Assembly: GCF_006345805.1 (NCBI RefSeq)
Contig: NC_043007.1
Location: forward strand, 69,440,001-69,504,000
Reading direction: 5' to 3'
Source of the DNA: Octopus sinensis
Taxonomy: Eukaryota
DNA length: 64,000 bases
How positions within the stretch are numbered: position 1 is the stretch's first letter; each line of letters begins with the position of its first letter. A model generated the notes under the pieces. The model was not told where the DNA came from, made no database searches, and saw nothing but the letters and a program-made list of their open reading frames with translations. Of the stretch, positions 1 through 10,739 are shown in pieces. Position numbers and translations under genes: made by a program.

Positions 1-312
1 TTGAATGTTTTTTCACTCGCTCGCGTACAATCCGTGTATATTTTTTGAGTTTTTTGGTAGTATCTGAATACCTCCGCATTTTCAAGCCTGTTAGCAATAG
101 GTGGTTTTTTTTCGCCCTTGCTCCCTTAATATAATTATATATATATATATGTGTGTGTGTGTGTATAATTATTACGGAGATGTACTTGCATAGCAAGTGA
201 CCTGATTTGAGATCGTGTGCTGGAATGAAAATAATTGCAGCGTGGAAGGTGTTTATAAGCCATTTAAGAAATACACAAAAACCGTTAGATTCACTTCAAC
301 ATTTAAATTTAA

Positions 313-363
313 TTTGCCAAAATATTTTCGTCGCTTTGAGACCGCGACCTGTTTACTGACAAA
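313..363 (-). ncRNA. Hammerhead-like fold with non-canonical core
   Basis: Minus strand reads TTTGTCA-GTAAACAG-GTCGC(9 nt)GCGAC-GAAA-ATATTT-TGGCAAA: 7-bp stem I, 5-bp stem II, GAAA and a palindromic stem III, but GUAAACAG replaces CUGANGA. Confidence 0.3.
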
Positions 364-748
364 ATTCCGTGCTGCATCTCACGAATCGATTTATCCCCTA
401 CTCCTGAAATTGCTGGTCTTTTGCCAAAATTTGGAATCACTATATATGTACATTATAAAATACATATATTACACAGACACAGATACACACACACATATAT
501 ATATATATTTGTACATATGTTTAAAGTCAACTCGCCGTCTATGACATGGTTATGATATCGTCCTAAATACGGTACTAGATATTTACGAGAGTTTCGTACT
601 CTTACGGCTGCTATTCTGAATAGGTGTTTGGACGCCATATAAAAGGCGATAAGTTTCTCTAAACGCTTCCTCTTCACACCATTGATGTCACTTGTGGGTT
701 TTAAAATGATGACGAAAAAGCATCGTTTGATGTCAATAGTCGACTTAC

Positions 749-819
749 CGGAACTATCACGTTAAGATGAATAGGATGTAATGTGGGTTGCGGGGACACC
801 GATAACATATAAGGAAATC
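749..819 (-). CDS. Candidate orphan internal exon (GFPYMLSVSPQPTLHPIHLNVIVP)
   Basis: Strong acceptor tttcctattgcag and donor CCG|gtaagt. Only one frame is open (phase 1 in, phase 0 out). No family recognised. Confidence 0.3.
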
Positions 820-1094
820 CTGCAATAGGAAACACCGGAAGCTTTATCATTTCATACACTCACGTAAGGATACACACACACATATGCATGTATGTATGAT
901 GTATGTATATTCACACCGGCATTATAATATGAAAGCTAGTAGACCTGGACTTCGAAATCACTGCCATGACACATCTTGTTAAGGAATAAATATATGCTCT
1001 ACAAAAAGTATTCGATAAACCTTCTATTGAATGTAGAATTCTTTCTATTATGATCTGACATAAAATCAAACATGGATATACATACATACATACA

Positions 1095-1126
<32 letters not shown>

Positions 1127-1389
1127 ATATATATATATATAATATATAATTATTATAATTATAATATTAGGGAGTATAACTCCAACTTACGAGGAAAAAT
1201 TCAATTAGTATTAAATCAAATTTTGCAGTATAAATATATAAAGATATAAAAAATATTATAAAATATAAATTAGAGATAAAACCACTATTATGCAACTCAA
1301 ACATTGTAAATATAAATATAAATATAAATATAAATATATGTAAAATATAAATCTTTAATTTATATATATATATATATATATATACCCAT

Positions 1390-1760
1390 CTCTCCTCCTT
1401 CCACGTGACCGGTGTCCGGTCAGCCATGATCTTTCTTTCTTGGCCAAACTGCCGAACGTCAACACCTCTTGTGTCCATCTCCCATGTTCTTGCCATTAGG
1501 CTTTCACTTCATACACGCCAGCTCAATTTGATTCGTTCTCAGTCGAAAGACGCCTGTTGTTATTCTTGCTGTTTGTATTCGTAATTGTGTACCATGTTCT
1601 CCGTTTCCTAGTTTGTTTGTTGTTGTTTTTTTGTCTTTGATGCCATGCACATTCACTAGCTTTCTTACAAAGGGGTCTAATGTTCTTAGCTTAGATTTTT
1701 GGAGAGCAACTAGATCGAACCATCTCGTGTGTAACTGTCCGAAATGGTCGAGACTTCTGG
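1390..1760 (-). mobile_element. Degenerate RTE-like LINE 3' remnant
   Basis: Broken frames include GRWTQEVL...GHRSRGRRR, resembling the RTE C-terminus. Confidence 0.45.
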
Positions 1761-1897
1761 GACTTGACTGATGAAAGAAAGCCAAGAAAGAACCGTCCTT
1801 TTTTGCCTGTCCTTCTAATTGCTGTTTCTCTTGTTCGCCTATGTATCGTCTATCTATCCGAATGTTTTAATGCCCTCTATTGCATTTTTGTTCCATT

Positions 1898-1968
<71 letters not shown>

Positions 1969-2146
1969 ATTATGTATGTATATATGTATATATATATATA
2001 TATTAATAGTTATCGCCAAGCTAACATGGCAGTCCAGAAAAATTTTTGTCTGGACTGCCACGTTAGCTTGGCGATATCTAATAATATCCATTACAGCTGC
2101 CGTAGTTTCCTTTAGAGTGACTTAGAAATATTAATATATATATATC

Positions 2147-2310
2147 GCAGGAGTGGCTGTGTGTAAGTAGCTGCTAACCACCACACGGTTGCGGGTTCAG
2201 TCCCACTGCGTGGCATCTTGGGCAAGTGTCTTCTGCTATAGCCCCGGGCCGACCAATGCCTTGTGAGTGGATTTGTAGACGGAAACTGAAAGAAGCCTGT
2301 CGTATATATG

Positions 2311-2347
<37 letters not shown>

Positions 2348-2560
2348 TGTGTGTCTGTGTTTGTCCCCAAGCATTGCTTGACAAACGATGCTGGTGTGTT
2401 TACGTCCCCGTCACTTAGCGGTTCGGCAAAAGAGACCGATAGAATAAGTGCTGGGCTTGCAGAGAGTGAGTCCCAGGGTCGATTTGCTCGACTAAAAGGC
2501 GGTGCTCCAGCATGGCCGCAGTCAAATGACTGAAACAAGTAAAAGAGTAAAAGAGAGTAA
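2147..2560 (+). mobile_element. tRNA-derived SINE family A (full length)
   Basis: A/B boxes TGGCTGTGTG and GGGTTCAGTCCC, internal (TA)n(TG)n, tail ACTGAAACAAGTAAAAGAG. More than 10 copies in the window. Confidence 0.9.
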
Positions 2561-2573
2561 AGTGTATATATAT

Positions 2574-2646
<73 letters not shown>

Positions 2647-2753
2647 AGATATGTATGTGTGTGCGTATGTATCGTCAACTACTCCTTGTTACCGTGTTTT
2701 TTTTTTTTTTCGTTGGTGCTTTCTTTCATTTATGCTAATGCCTCTGATTTCAG

Positions 2754-2822
2754 GCGAGACCTATTCTTCCTCGTGTTGTTTCTATCATTCCAGTGCTATT
2801 CATGTTCGGAAACCCAATACAC
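2754..2822 (+). CDS. Probable upstream exon of the membrane-protein gene (ARPILPRVVSIIPVLFMFGNPIH)
   Basis: Poly-pyrimidine tract, ctaat branch and cag acceptor at 2753. Same frame as the 2883 exon. Requires a 60-nt intron with a weak donor (CAC|GTTTCT) that removes two in-frame TAA codons. Confidence 0.45.
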
Positions 2823-2882
2823 GTTTCTCTTCTTATACCTGTACTCAACCATTAATAACATCATTTTTATTTTATTTTTCAG

Positions 2883-3851
2883 GCCTTACTTTTCCTTCTC
2901 CCTTGGATTATACCAGTGGATTTTGTGCCTTACTATTTGACATGGATTTACAACATATTCCTACAACTATCGGAACCTTATTTACTTCTTCAAGAAGTCT
3001 TTTTCATAATAAGTCAATTGACAGAGTTCACCGTTTTCATTTTGATCCGTGGATCCGACATTCATTACGATGATAACAATGAACCTAAAGACTCGTACAG
3101 TTCAACAAAGAGGACGGCTCTGCCATCTTACCTTCGCTACTTCGCCATTATTTCAATCGTCAGCTATTCCATGACGCTTACTATTATTTCAAAATACTTC
3201 GAAGTTGACTGGTGGCTAGGGACCATTTTGATCCTAACTCTATTTAACCACTTCACTACATGGTATATGGACAGAAGTCTCTGGGAGAATTCGTTCATTT
3301 TCTTTATCAGCACTATCGTCATGTATGTGATGAGACGCGAAGGACAACAACGCCAATCTTGTCAAAAGCTCTCGAATCTCCTCGTTGTTGAGAAATCCCA
3401 CAATGCATCAGTTCGATCATTCAACTGGTTGTGGCAAATGTCTCCGGGCGAAAAAAATATAGTTTCGCAAGTATTTCTCACACCGTTATTCATCGGGAAA
3501 GTGGCCTTAAGACTCAGCAGTGTAATATGGTGTAACGGCGACTGTTTCGAATTCCTGTGGTCTCTCTTTAAAGATAAGATCGAAGATAAAGAATTAGAAG
3601 AACAGCAAGACATTGAGACGCCTTCCAGTTCTTGGATTCGGTTTTCACCTTTAGTCTACAAACTTTGCATTCATTTCGTCATTGTACAGTTAGTTGCAGG
3701 ACAACTACAAGACTTAAATAGCGAATCAAACACCACAAAAATAAACTGGTTGACTAGATTGGTACCCGAACAAATCATGTTGGGAAGAATTTTCCAAATA
3801 ATTCTCGTCAATGGTTTCCATCTGCATTCACTACTTACACGTTTTCTATAA
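2883..3851 (+). CDS. Large terminal exon of an uncharacterised multi-pass membrane protein, possibly distantly SERINC/TMS-like
   Basis: 322 codons open from the acceptor ttttattttatttttcag (ALLFLLPWIIPVDF...GRIFQIILVNGFHLHSLLTRFL*). Several hydrophobic helices separated by acidic loops, non-repetitive. AATAAA near 3948 and 4027. Family assignment is from recalled motif resemblance only. Confidence 0.8.
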   Translation, partial: ALLFLLPWIIPVDFVPYYLTWIYNIFLQLSEPYLLLQEVFFIISQLTEFTVFILIRGSDIHYDDNNEPKDSYSSTKRTALPSYLRYFAIISIVSYSMTLTIISKYFEVDWWLGTILILTLFNHFTTWYMDRSLWENSFIFFISTIVMYVMRREGQQRQSCQKLSNLLVVEKSHNASVRSFNWLWQMSPGEKNIVSQVFLTPLFIGKVALRLSSVIWCNGDCFEFLWSLFKDKIEDKELEEQQDIETPSSSWIRFSPLVYKLCIHFVIVQLVAGQLQDLNSESNTTKINWLTRLVPEQIMLGRIFQIILVNGFHLHSLLTRFL

Positions 3852-4259
3852 ACTAGCGAGTAATTAACAATGTCGGCGATAAGCTCCCAGTGCATCGTAT
3901 ATACTGTAGCAGAGGTCCGATTTGCAGTTATTCTCTTGACTCTGGGAAATAAAAAAAAAACATAGACATCAACACTTTCATTTGACCCCCTCCAACCCAG
4001 TTCCTTTATATTATTAATAAGACTGATAATAAAGTGATGAACCCCTGATCACGGAACGCATAGTAACTTTTGCCTATAAACGGCACTTTCAGGAAAATAT
4101 GTACCATTACCGAAACACTGGAAACAAATATTTCAATAAATAAAACAAATAAGAACAACCAAACAGATCAATGAGAAAATTTCGTTAAATTTTGAAGCTA
4201 GTTGTTACAGTTGTTGTCGTTGTAGTTGTTGTTTATTCTCCAAGATCTATATCAGATCT

Positions 4260-5660
4260 ATAACACACACCAACAAAAAAACTTTCTTCTGTTATCCCAA
4301 AAATTAGGATCTGAATTAGAGTTTTTTTTACACACAGAATCCAAAAACGACACCCGTTTGTTACTATCACGTCAAACTTTTAAGATACTGGATTCATAAA
4401 ACTTTTCGATAAAACAAGGCATAACATACAAAGATACACAGAAATTAGTTTTCTCTCAAAACCGGAATGTTTTCTAAGATTGTACTGAAAACCAATAAAA
4501 ATCATGAAATTTCTAGAGACAAATTACAATATTTATGCCTAATTACCCATGAATTTGCGTGTGGCTGATTTTCTCGACAACTAAATCTCAGGAAGATCAC
4601 AAGCCAAGTTCCATAAATAGTCTACCATTCTATGCAAGTCCTGTCTGTCTTAATACTTTTGTTCCATTGATTTTATGTCTTGATGGACATATCATCCCTG
4701 CTTGTCACTTGTGTCACCAAGATTTTCAGGGAATTTATCAACATGACTGTGGAGGTAGTGTATCATTATGCTCGTATTTGTACCACCTTCTGAAAGTTCC
4801 CTTAGTGGAAGTGCGTGGCTTTGTGATTGGACCCATGATCGAAAGATTGTGGTTTCGATTCTGGAGCAGGCGACGCGTTTTGTGTTCTTAAGAAAAACAC
4901 TTCATTTCACGTTGCTCCAGTCTACTCAACTGGCAAAATTGAGCAATCCTGCGACGGACCGACGTCCTGACCAGGCGGGAGATATATACGCCATGAAACC
5001 AGGAAACAGCTGGTATGACTCAAAAATGTAGCTTTCTTTTAGCTTTACATGAAAGTCCTCCAGCATATTGTCCACCATTTCAATAGAGACGCCTGCTTTC
5101 TTGTTGTCCAGAGAGTCATTTACGACTATTAAAGATGAATTCCAAGCTGCTGCATCAATGCAGTACATTGAATTTACAAAGTTCACATTTTTCATCTATT
5201 TTCTGAGTTGAGGCCCATCAAACAATCCAGCTTTTATCTTTCCACTGCTCAAACCGGAAAATGTGCTGCAGATATAGTGAAAGCATGGCCATAATGCTTG
5301 GAGTAGAGGCATGATGGTTTTTCCTGGTTGAATGAAAGGTTCATCAACCACATTAAAAAACCCTCGGACTAATGTTTGCTGTAGACATTCTTTGACATCC
5401 AGTGTTTTCCCTAGCTTTGATGTCCCACATGCATAAAACGCATAGATATTTGATGTATACGCTTTGTTGATCGAGCAGAAAATTTATAATCTTTATTAAG
5501 TCCATGCATATCACCCACTGATGATTGGGGTTTGGGTATCTTGAAACTTAGACGTGATGGTAAAAAAATGGTTCCCAGTTCTGGATTCAGTATATCAAAA
5601 AAATTTTTTTAAAACCTTTAAATCAGGTAAAAACGTTTTGACAACAAAATACTTGTTGGG
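4260..5660 (-). mobile_element. Degenerate Chapaev3-like (CMC) DNA transposon, internally deleted
   Basis: Minus-strand remnants QWVICMDL..LCMWD, KAGLFDGPQLR..AAWNS and IHYLHSHVDKFPENLGDTSDKQG..HQDIKSMEQ. Subterminal ACGTGAT..GGATTC motifs in inverted orientation near 4340 and 5550. A SINE is inserted at 4795. Confidence 0.75.
4795..5012 (+). mobile_element. CORE-type SINE family B
   Basis: tRNA-like head plus CORE-like ttaagaaaaacacttcatttcacgttgctccagtc. Same family at 17140, 27686, 36424, 48625 and 57290. Confidence 0.8.
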
Positions 5661-5708
5661 TTGTATAATCAAAAACGTTACAGCCTTTGCAAATGATTTT
5701 TATTTCAG

Positions 5709-5760
5709 TTGTGGTGCAGCTTGAAGAGAACTACCCAATGTGTCTTCATTTTCTAAAATG
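5709..5760 (+). CDS. Candidate internal exon of an unidentified plus-strand gene ((V)VVQLEENYPMCLHFLK(W))
   Basis: Acceptor tttttatttcag, donor ATG|gtaagg, one open frame. Ends in phase 2, compatible with 6806-6875. Confidence 0.45.
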
Positions 5761-5889
5761 GTAAGGTGTGAATTCAAGGAGAACCATGCGGTTATTTCGA
5801 ACATGTTGAGTGAACATGTAGAGGTTTCCTAGATCGAAGAATTTGTAAGCTACAACTCCATCAGAAAATGATCTATATTCTTTAGTAAT

Positions 5890-5945
<56 letters not shown>

Positions 5946-6009
5946 AATAAAATGAGACAACATAGCCAAGGCTGTGGGAAGTTTTCAAGACATTTTTAAG
6001 TGAAAGCTA

Positions 6010-6057
6010 GTCTTACAGCTGTTTCTGGGATAATAGTGATATGCCTTCATCAGAGAC
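6010..6057 (-). ncRNA. Minimal type-I hammerhead ribozyme (Penelope-associated type)
   Basis: GTCT-CTGATGA-A-stem II (GGcATA..TATCC)-GAAA-CAGCT-GTA|AGAC: 4-bp stem I, palindromic stem III ACAGCTGT, GUA cleavage triplet. Confidence 0.7.
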
Positions 6058-6292
6058 GATTTGAAATCGTTAAATAAAGGGAAACAGTAGAATTAAATAT
6101 AAGGAGTTATTTTGAAAAAGGATGCAAATAAGAAGTATAAATGGTAATAAGAGAATAAAAGTCAAAATATAAATATATGTAGGATGTAACAGTTGCAGTT
6201 CCATTATCCAATATGTGTGTGTGTGTGTTCTTTTATTTCTTTCAGTCATTTGATTGCGGCCATGCTGGAGCACCATAAATATATATATATAT

Positions 6293-6500
6293 ACTCTTTT
6301 ACTTGTTTCAGTCATTTGACTGCGGTCATGATGGAGCACCGCCTTTAGTCAAGCAAATCGACCCCAGTACTTATTCTATCGGTCTCTTTTGCCGAACCGC
6401 TAAGTGACGGCGACTTAAACACACCAGCACCGGTTGTCAAGCAATGCTAGGGGGACAAACACAGACACACAAACATACACACACACACGCGCACACACAC

Positions 6501-6544
<44 letters not shown>

Positions 6545-6760
6545 CACGCACACACACACATATATATATAAGTATATATATATATATATATATAATGACG
6601 GGCTTCTTTCAGTTTCCGTCTACCAAATCCACTCACAAGACTTTGGTCGGCCCGATGCTATAGTAGAAAACACTTGCCCAACATGCCACGAAGTGGGACT
6701 GAACCCTGAACCATGTGGTTGATAAGTAAGCTACTTACCACACAGCCACTCCTGCGCCTA
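6293..6760 (-). mobile_element. SINE family A
   Basis: Reverse complement of 2147-2560. Confidence 0.9.
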
Positions 6761-6805
6761 TAGCCATTCCTGCGCCTATGTATAATATATGTATAATTTC
6801 TACAG

Positions 6806-6875
6806 GGAAAAGTTTGAAAGTGACTTCAAATTTTTAAGTTGCTCGACTTCGTCAAACTGTCACAGTCTAAAGAAG
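6806..6875 (+). CDS. Candidate internal exon ((W)EKFESDFKFLSCSTSSNCHSLKK)
   Basis: Acceptor aatttctacag, donor AAG|gtgaga. Its first base completes TG|G (Trp) with 5709-5760 and the frame is open throughout. Confidence 0.4.
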
Positions 6876-7011
6876 GTGAGAAAGCCGTATTTCGAAGTCA
6901 CTGTCAACATTTTCCTGGTAAAAGTTAAATATATACGCACTCTACTTAAGTTTTAAGTAATACTTCTATTTAATGCTAATGTTTTTATATGTAACTGGTA
7001 TAAAAACAAAA

Positions 7012-7072
<61 letters not shown>

Positions 7073-7079
7073 AAAAATA

Positions 7080-7306
7080 CAGTGTACATTTAAACACATA
7101 AGAGATGACCCTAATAGGACATCTGACTCACTAGAGAGAGCAGTTAAACTGAAAGGGAATGAGAAATAAAAACGTTTACCCTAAAACGTTTTTATTTCTC
7201 ATTCCCTTTCAGAATTACAACTATTAGTGGTTTGGAGTTTAACTGCTCTATTTAGTGAGTCAGAATTCCTATTAGGGTCATCTCTTATGTGTTTAAATGT
7301 ACACTG
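7080..7306. mobile_element. Foldback Tc1/mariner-type MITE
   Basis: TA-CAGTG...CACTG-TA ends, long TIRs and an internal hairpin of about 29 bp. Related element at 37598. Confidence 0.8.
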
Positions 7307-7729
7307 TATTTTTCTATGAATAATATATAGTCTATTGACTATTTTTTCCTTCTCGCTAGAGCACTGGTAGCAAAGAATTTTTCTAAAATTTTTGCTACCC
7401 TAAGATATATTCAAATATATATATATTATATATATATAATATATATAATATATATAATATATAATATATATTATATAATATATATATATAGACCATGATA
7501 AATCTCATAGCGAGTATAAACAGTAGCAGCAACACAATCGTGACGTATATTTGCCATTTGAATATGGCTAACCCCTAAGGTGAATGCTACTGTAGTTTGG
7601 TAAGCCCCAGGAGGCACTCCTCAGCTGGCTATAGACACACTTTCTGTGCCTATCAGTATTTGCATAGGGAAGCCATCCTTCCCGTCTTCAACTTATGATA
7701 CACACGACTCGAGTTTCAGGGTATTGACC

Positions 7730-7789
7730 CATCATCGGCGTGTGACAATCATAGTTGTCGACAACTATGATTGTCACACACCGATGATG
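7730..7789. repeat. Near-perfect 60-nt palindrome
   Basis: 7740-7779 is a perfect 40-nt palindrome centred on GTCGAC, extended by 9 bp after one mismatch. Confidence 0.95.
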
Positions 7790-7991
7790 TATAATATATG
7801 TATAATTTCGAGATTTCGAGCACATTTGAAAGAGAGAAGAGATGGTTTGGGACAAACAGGAAAAGTGGGATCGGATAGGAGAAACTAGAAGGCCCGTAGA
7901 TTTTCTGACGAGCGGGTTGAGTAGTGGGGTGCAAAAGAATGGGAAAAGGGATGCAGTTGAGAGGCGGGTGTGCGGAGGAGAGAGTGCTGAG

Positions 7992-8091
7992 NNNNNNNNN
8001 NNNNNNNNNNNNNNNNNNNNNNNNNNNNNNNNNNNNNNNNNNNNNNNNNNNNNNNNNNNNNNNNNNNNNNNNNNNNNNNNNNNNNNNNNNN
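7992..8091. other. Assembly gap (100 N)
   Basis: Run of N followed by (GAA)n. Confidence 1.
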
Positions 8092-8270
8092 AGAAAAGAA
8101 GAAGAAGAAGAAGAAGAAGAAGAAGAAGAAGGGAGGAGGAGGAGAAAAGAAAAGAAGAAAAGAAGGAAGAAGAAAAGGAGGAGGAGGAGGAGAAGAAGAA
8201 GGAAGAAGAAGAAGAAGAAGAAGAAGAAGAAGAAGAAGAATAAGAAGAGAAGAAGAAGAAGAAGAAGAAG

Positions 8271-8810
8271 ATCCCAAGCTAACCTGTCATATCTCACGAC
8301 TTTTCTTTCTTCCTTATCGCATGCCTTGTCAGCTGGGCATGCTATATCTTTGATCCAGCATAGTTTGTTTTCTTTCTCAATTAAGACTATGTCTGGCTTC
8401 CTATTCTCTATCTCATGGTCGCACTGAATCATAAAATCCCATAAGATCTTTGCATTTTTATTTTCGATGATGCCTCCGGGCTTGTGGTCGTACCAATTTT
8501 TTGCTCTGTCAAGTCCATACTTGTTTCAAAGTTTCCAATGGACAAGCCTGGCTATATTGTCGGTCGATGAAAAAGGTAGCAGTAGTACCAATAATTGTCG
8601 AAGCCCTGGGAACAGTGAGCAAAAATCTCCAGAAGTACGTGGAACAAATAGGGGCTGCAATAAGAGTGGAGCACTTGTAGAAAACAGCACTGCTTGGAAC
8701 CGCTCGAATTCTCCGGAAGGTGCTTGAAAAATAAGAGATGTTCACAGGTAGTGAACAGCTGACGCCGTAGTACATCTCCAGCGTTAGAACATGTGCAAAG
8801 GCAATAATAA
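8271..8810 (+). mobile_element. 5'-inverted R4/Dong-type (RLE) LINE insertion
   Basis: 8271-8561 reads on minus DNIARLVHW..RKPDIVL..RLAW. 8557-8735 reads on plus WSMKKVAVVPII..GTARILRKVLEK*, followed by a 3' UTR ending AATAATAA. Confidence 0.8.
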
Positions 8811-10090
8811 CATCCGACGTTAAACTTCAACAACAGAATGCTATGAAGGAGTCAGAACCAACGGAGAGCTAACTCTTTGCAAACACTGACCAACAACTAC
8901 AGGGTTTACAAGCAATTGTAAAACAGTTCAGTGATGACATCAGGATGGCCTAGAGATAAATGTGCAAAAGCTACCTTTATCAGAGAGAAAATGAGAGAAA
9001 CATCCAGCGTTAACGCTGAACAGCAGAATGCTATAAAGAAGTTAGAACCAGTGGAGAGCTACAAATACCTAGGGGTATTTGAAGGTGATCGAATCAAACA
9101 TTCAATGATGAGGGAAAAGATCAGAAAAGAATGTAATCACATGGTTAGGGACAGAGCTGAACACAAGAAACAGGATCGACGCGATCAATACTTTAACCAT
9201 ACCGACCGTGACTTACAGTTGCAATATTTTTAACTGGTCAATTACTGAAATCTGTAAGCTTGATAGAAAAATACGAAGACTGTTGACAATGAATAGAATG
9301 CACCACCCTAAGGTAGATATTGAACGACTACACCTGCCAAGAAAAGACGGTGGCCATGGACTTTTACAACTGGAATTGATAATGAAGATTGCCACAATTA
9401 GCCTAAACACTTACCCGAAAAACACTGATGACTGGATGTTAAAACTTGTCTTAAAACTTGTTAACAAGAAAACGTCATACTCAGTAACAAAACAGGTAAG
9501 TAAATATCTAAGTGAGTTCTAAACACAACAAATTCCAGAATTAAACATACTGGAAACAAGCACAGAAAAAGCTAAGCGTATGAAAATTCCTGCTAAAACA
9601 GCTGCTTCAGATATTATTACTGATAAGTGGCAAGAAAAACCTCCCAGTGGCATTTACCCAAAGACAGCTAATAATACTGTGTTGACAAAGCCCTTACCCA
9701 TCAACGGTTAATGTATTCTGGCTTAAAATCAGAAACAGAATGGTTTATCATAGCAGCCCAAGATCCATGCCTGCTTACCAGAAGCTTCCAGGCCAACATA
9801 TTAAAGAACGGCAGTAGCCCATTATGTCGAATATGTAAACAACAAAATGAAGCCATGGATCATGTTGGCTCCATGTGCAACCTTCTTGTGCCTACAGAGT
9901 ATCTCAACAGGCATGATAGAGCAGCACAATATATTCACTGGGTAATTTGCAAAGATTTAGACCTGCCACATGATAAAAATTGGTGGGAACACAAACCACG
10001 TCCAGTGCTTGAAAATGATCAGATCTCACTCTTCTGGAACTTTACTATTCAAACCGACAGAAAGGTAGATGCAAATAGGCCAGACATCCT
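8810..10090 (+). mobile_element. R4/Dong-type RLE LINE remnant (RT C-terminus, CCHC, start of RLE)
   Basis: YKYLG, RLHLPRKDGGHGL, ETEWFIIAAQD, CRIC..DH, RHD..IHW and QTDRKVDANRPDI, with stops and frameshifts. Confidence 0.85.
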
Positions 10091-10129
10091 TCAGACTGCT
10101 ACAATGCTGAACCTATTGTTGAAGGTACC

Positions 10130-10187
<58 letters not shown>

Positions 10188-10739
10188 TTCTGTCTCTCTC
10201 TCTCTCACTTTCTTCACTGCTTTCTGAAGCCAAAATTACACCTTCACAAACCACAGACCAAAACTAGCTTACCATTCAAACGGTAAGCTAGTTTTTCATT
10301 AGATTCAGATTAACGCTTCTCCTTCCTTCTTTGGTTGAATCTTAAATTTACAAGTGGACAGTGAGGAACGCTGCAGTAGGCACCTTTCTCTCAGCGGTGA
10401 TGCGCCCGCGCTACCTACCCTCTCTACCATCTTCTCTGATGCCCAATATCTACCTATCTCACTTCCGCAGACTCTTAAGCACTCCTCCTACTCTCCCTGT
10501 CAATATGAATGTTAAATGGCTTCCTTCTCTCCCTACTTGATCTTCCTTTTCTTTTCCTTCTTTTGATTTTTTCTCTCACTCTCTTTTTTCTACTAGCTGT
10601 GTGTTCTTCTTCATTTCCGAGGTGGTGAGGGGTGTTGAGCGCCCATTATTTATAAAATTCCCCAATGGCCTGTGCAAGGCCTATCCACTGAGTCAAGCCC
10701 GACTCCTTCACCAAACCAACAGAAGAAGAGTGGGAAAAG

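Noticed and set aside
7565-7650. Possible HDV-like or twister ribozyme (GGCTAAC...GTAAGCC, AGGAG/CTCCT hairpin)
   Set aside because: I could not build P1.1/P2/P3 or the twister pseudoknots consistently, and there is only one copy in the window.
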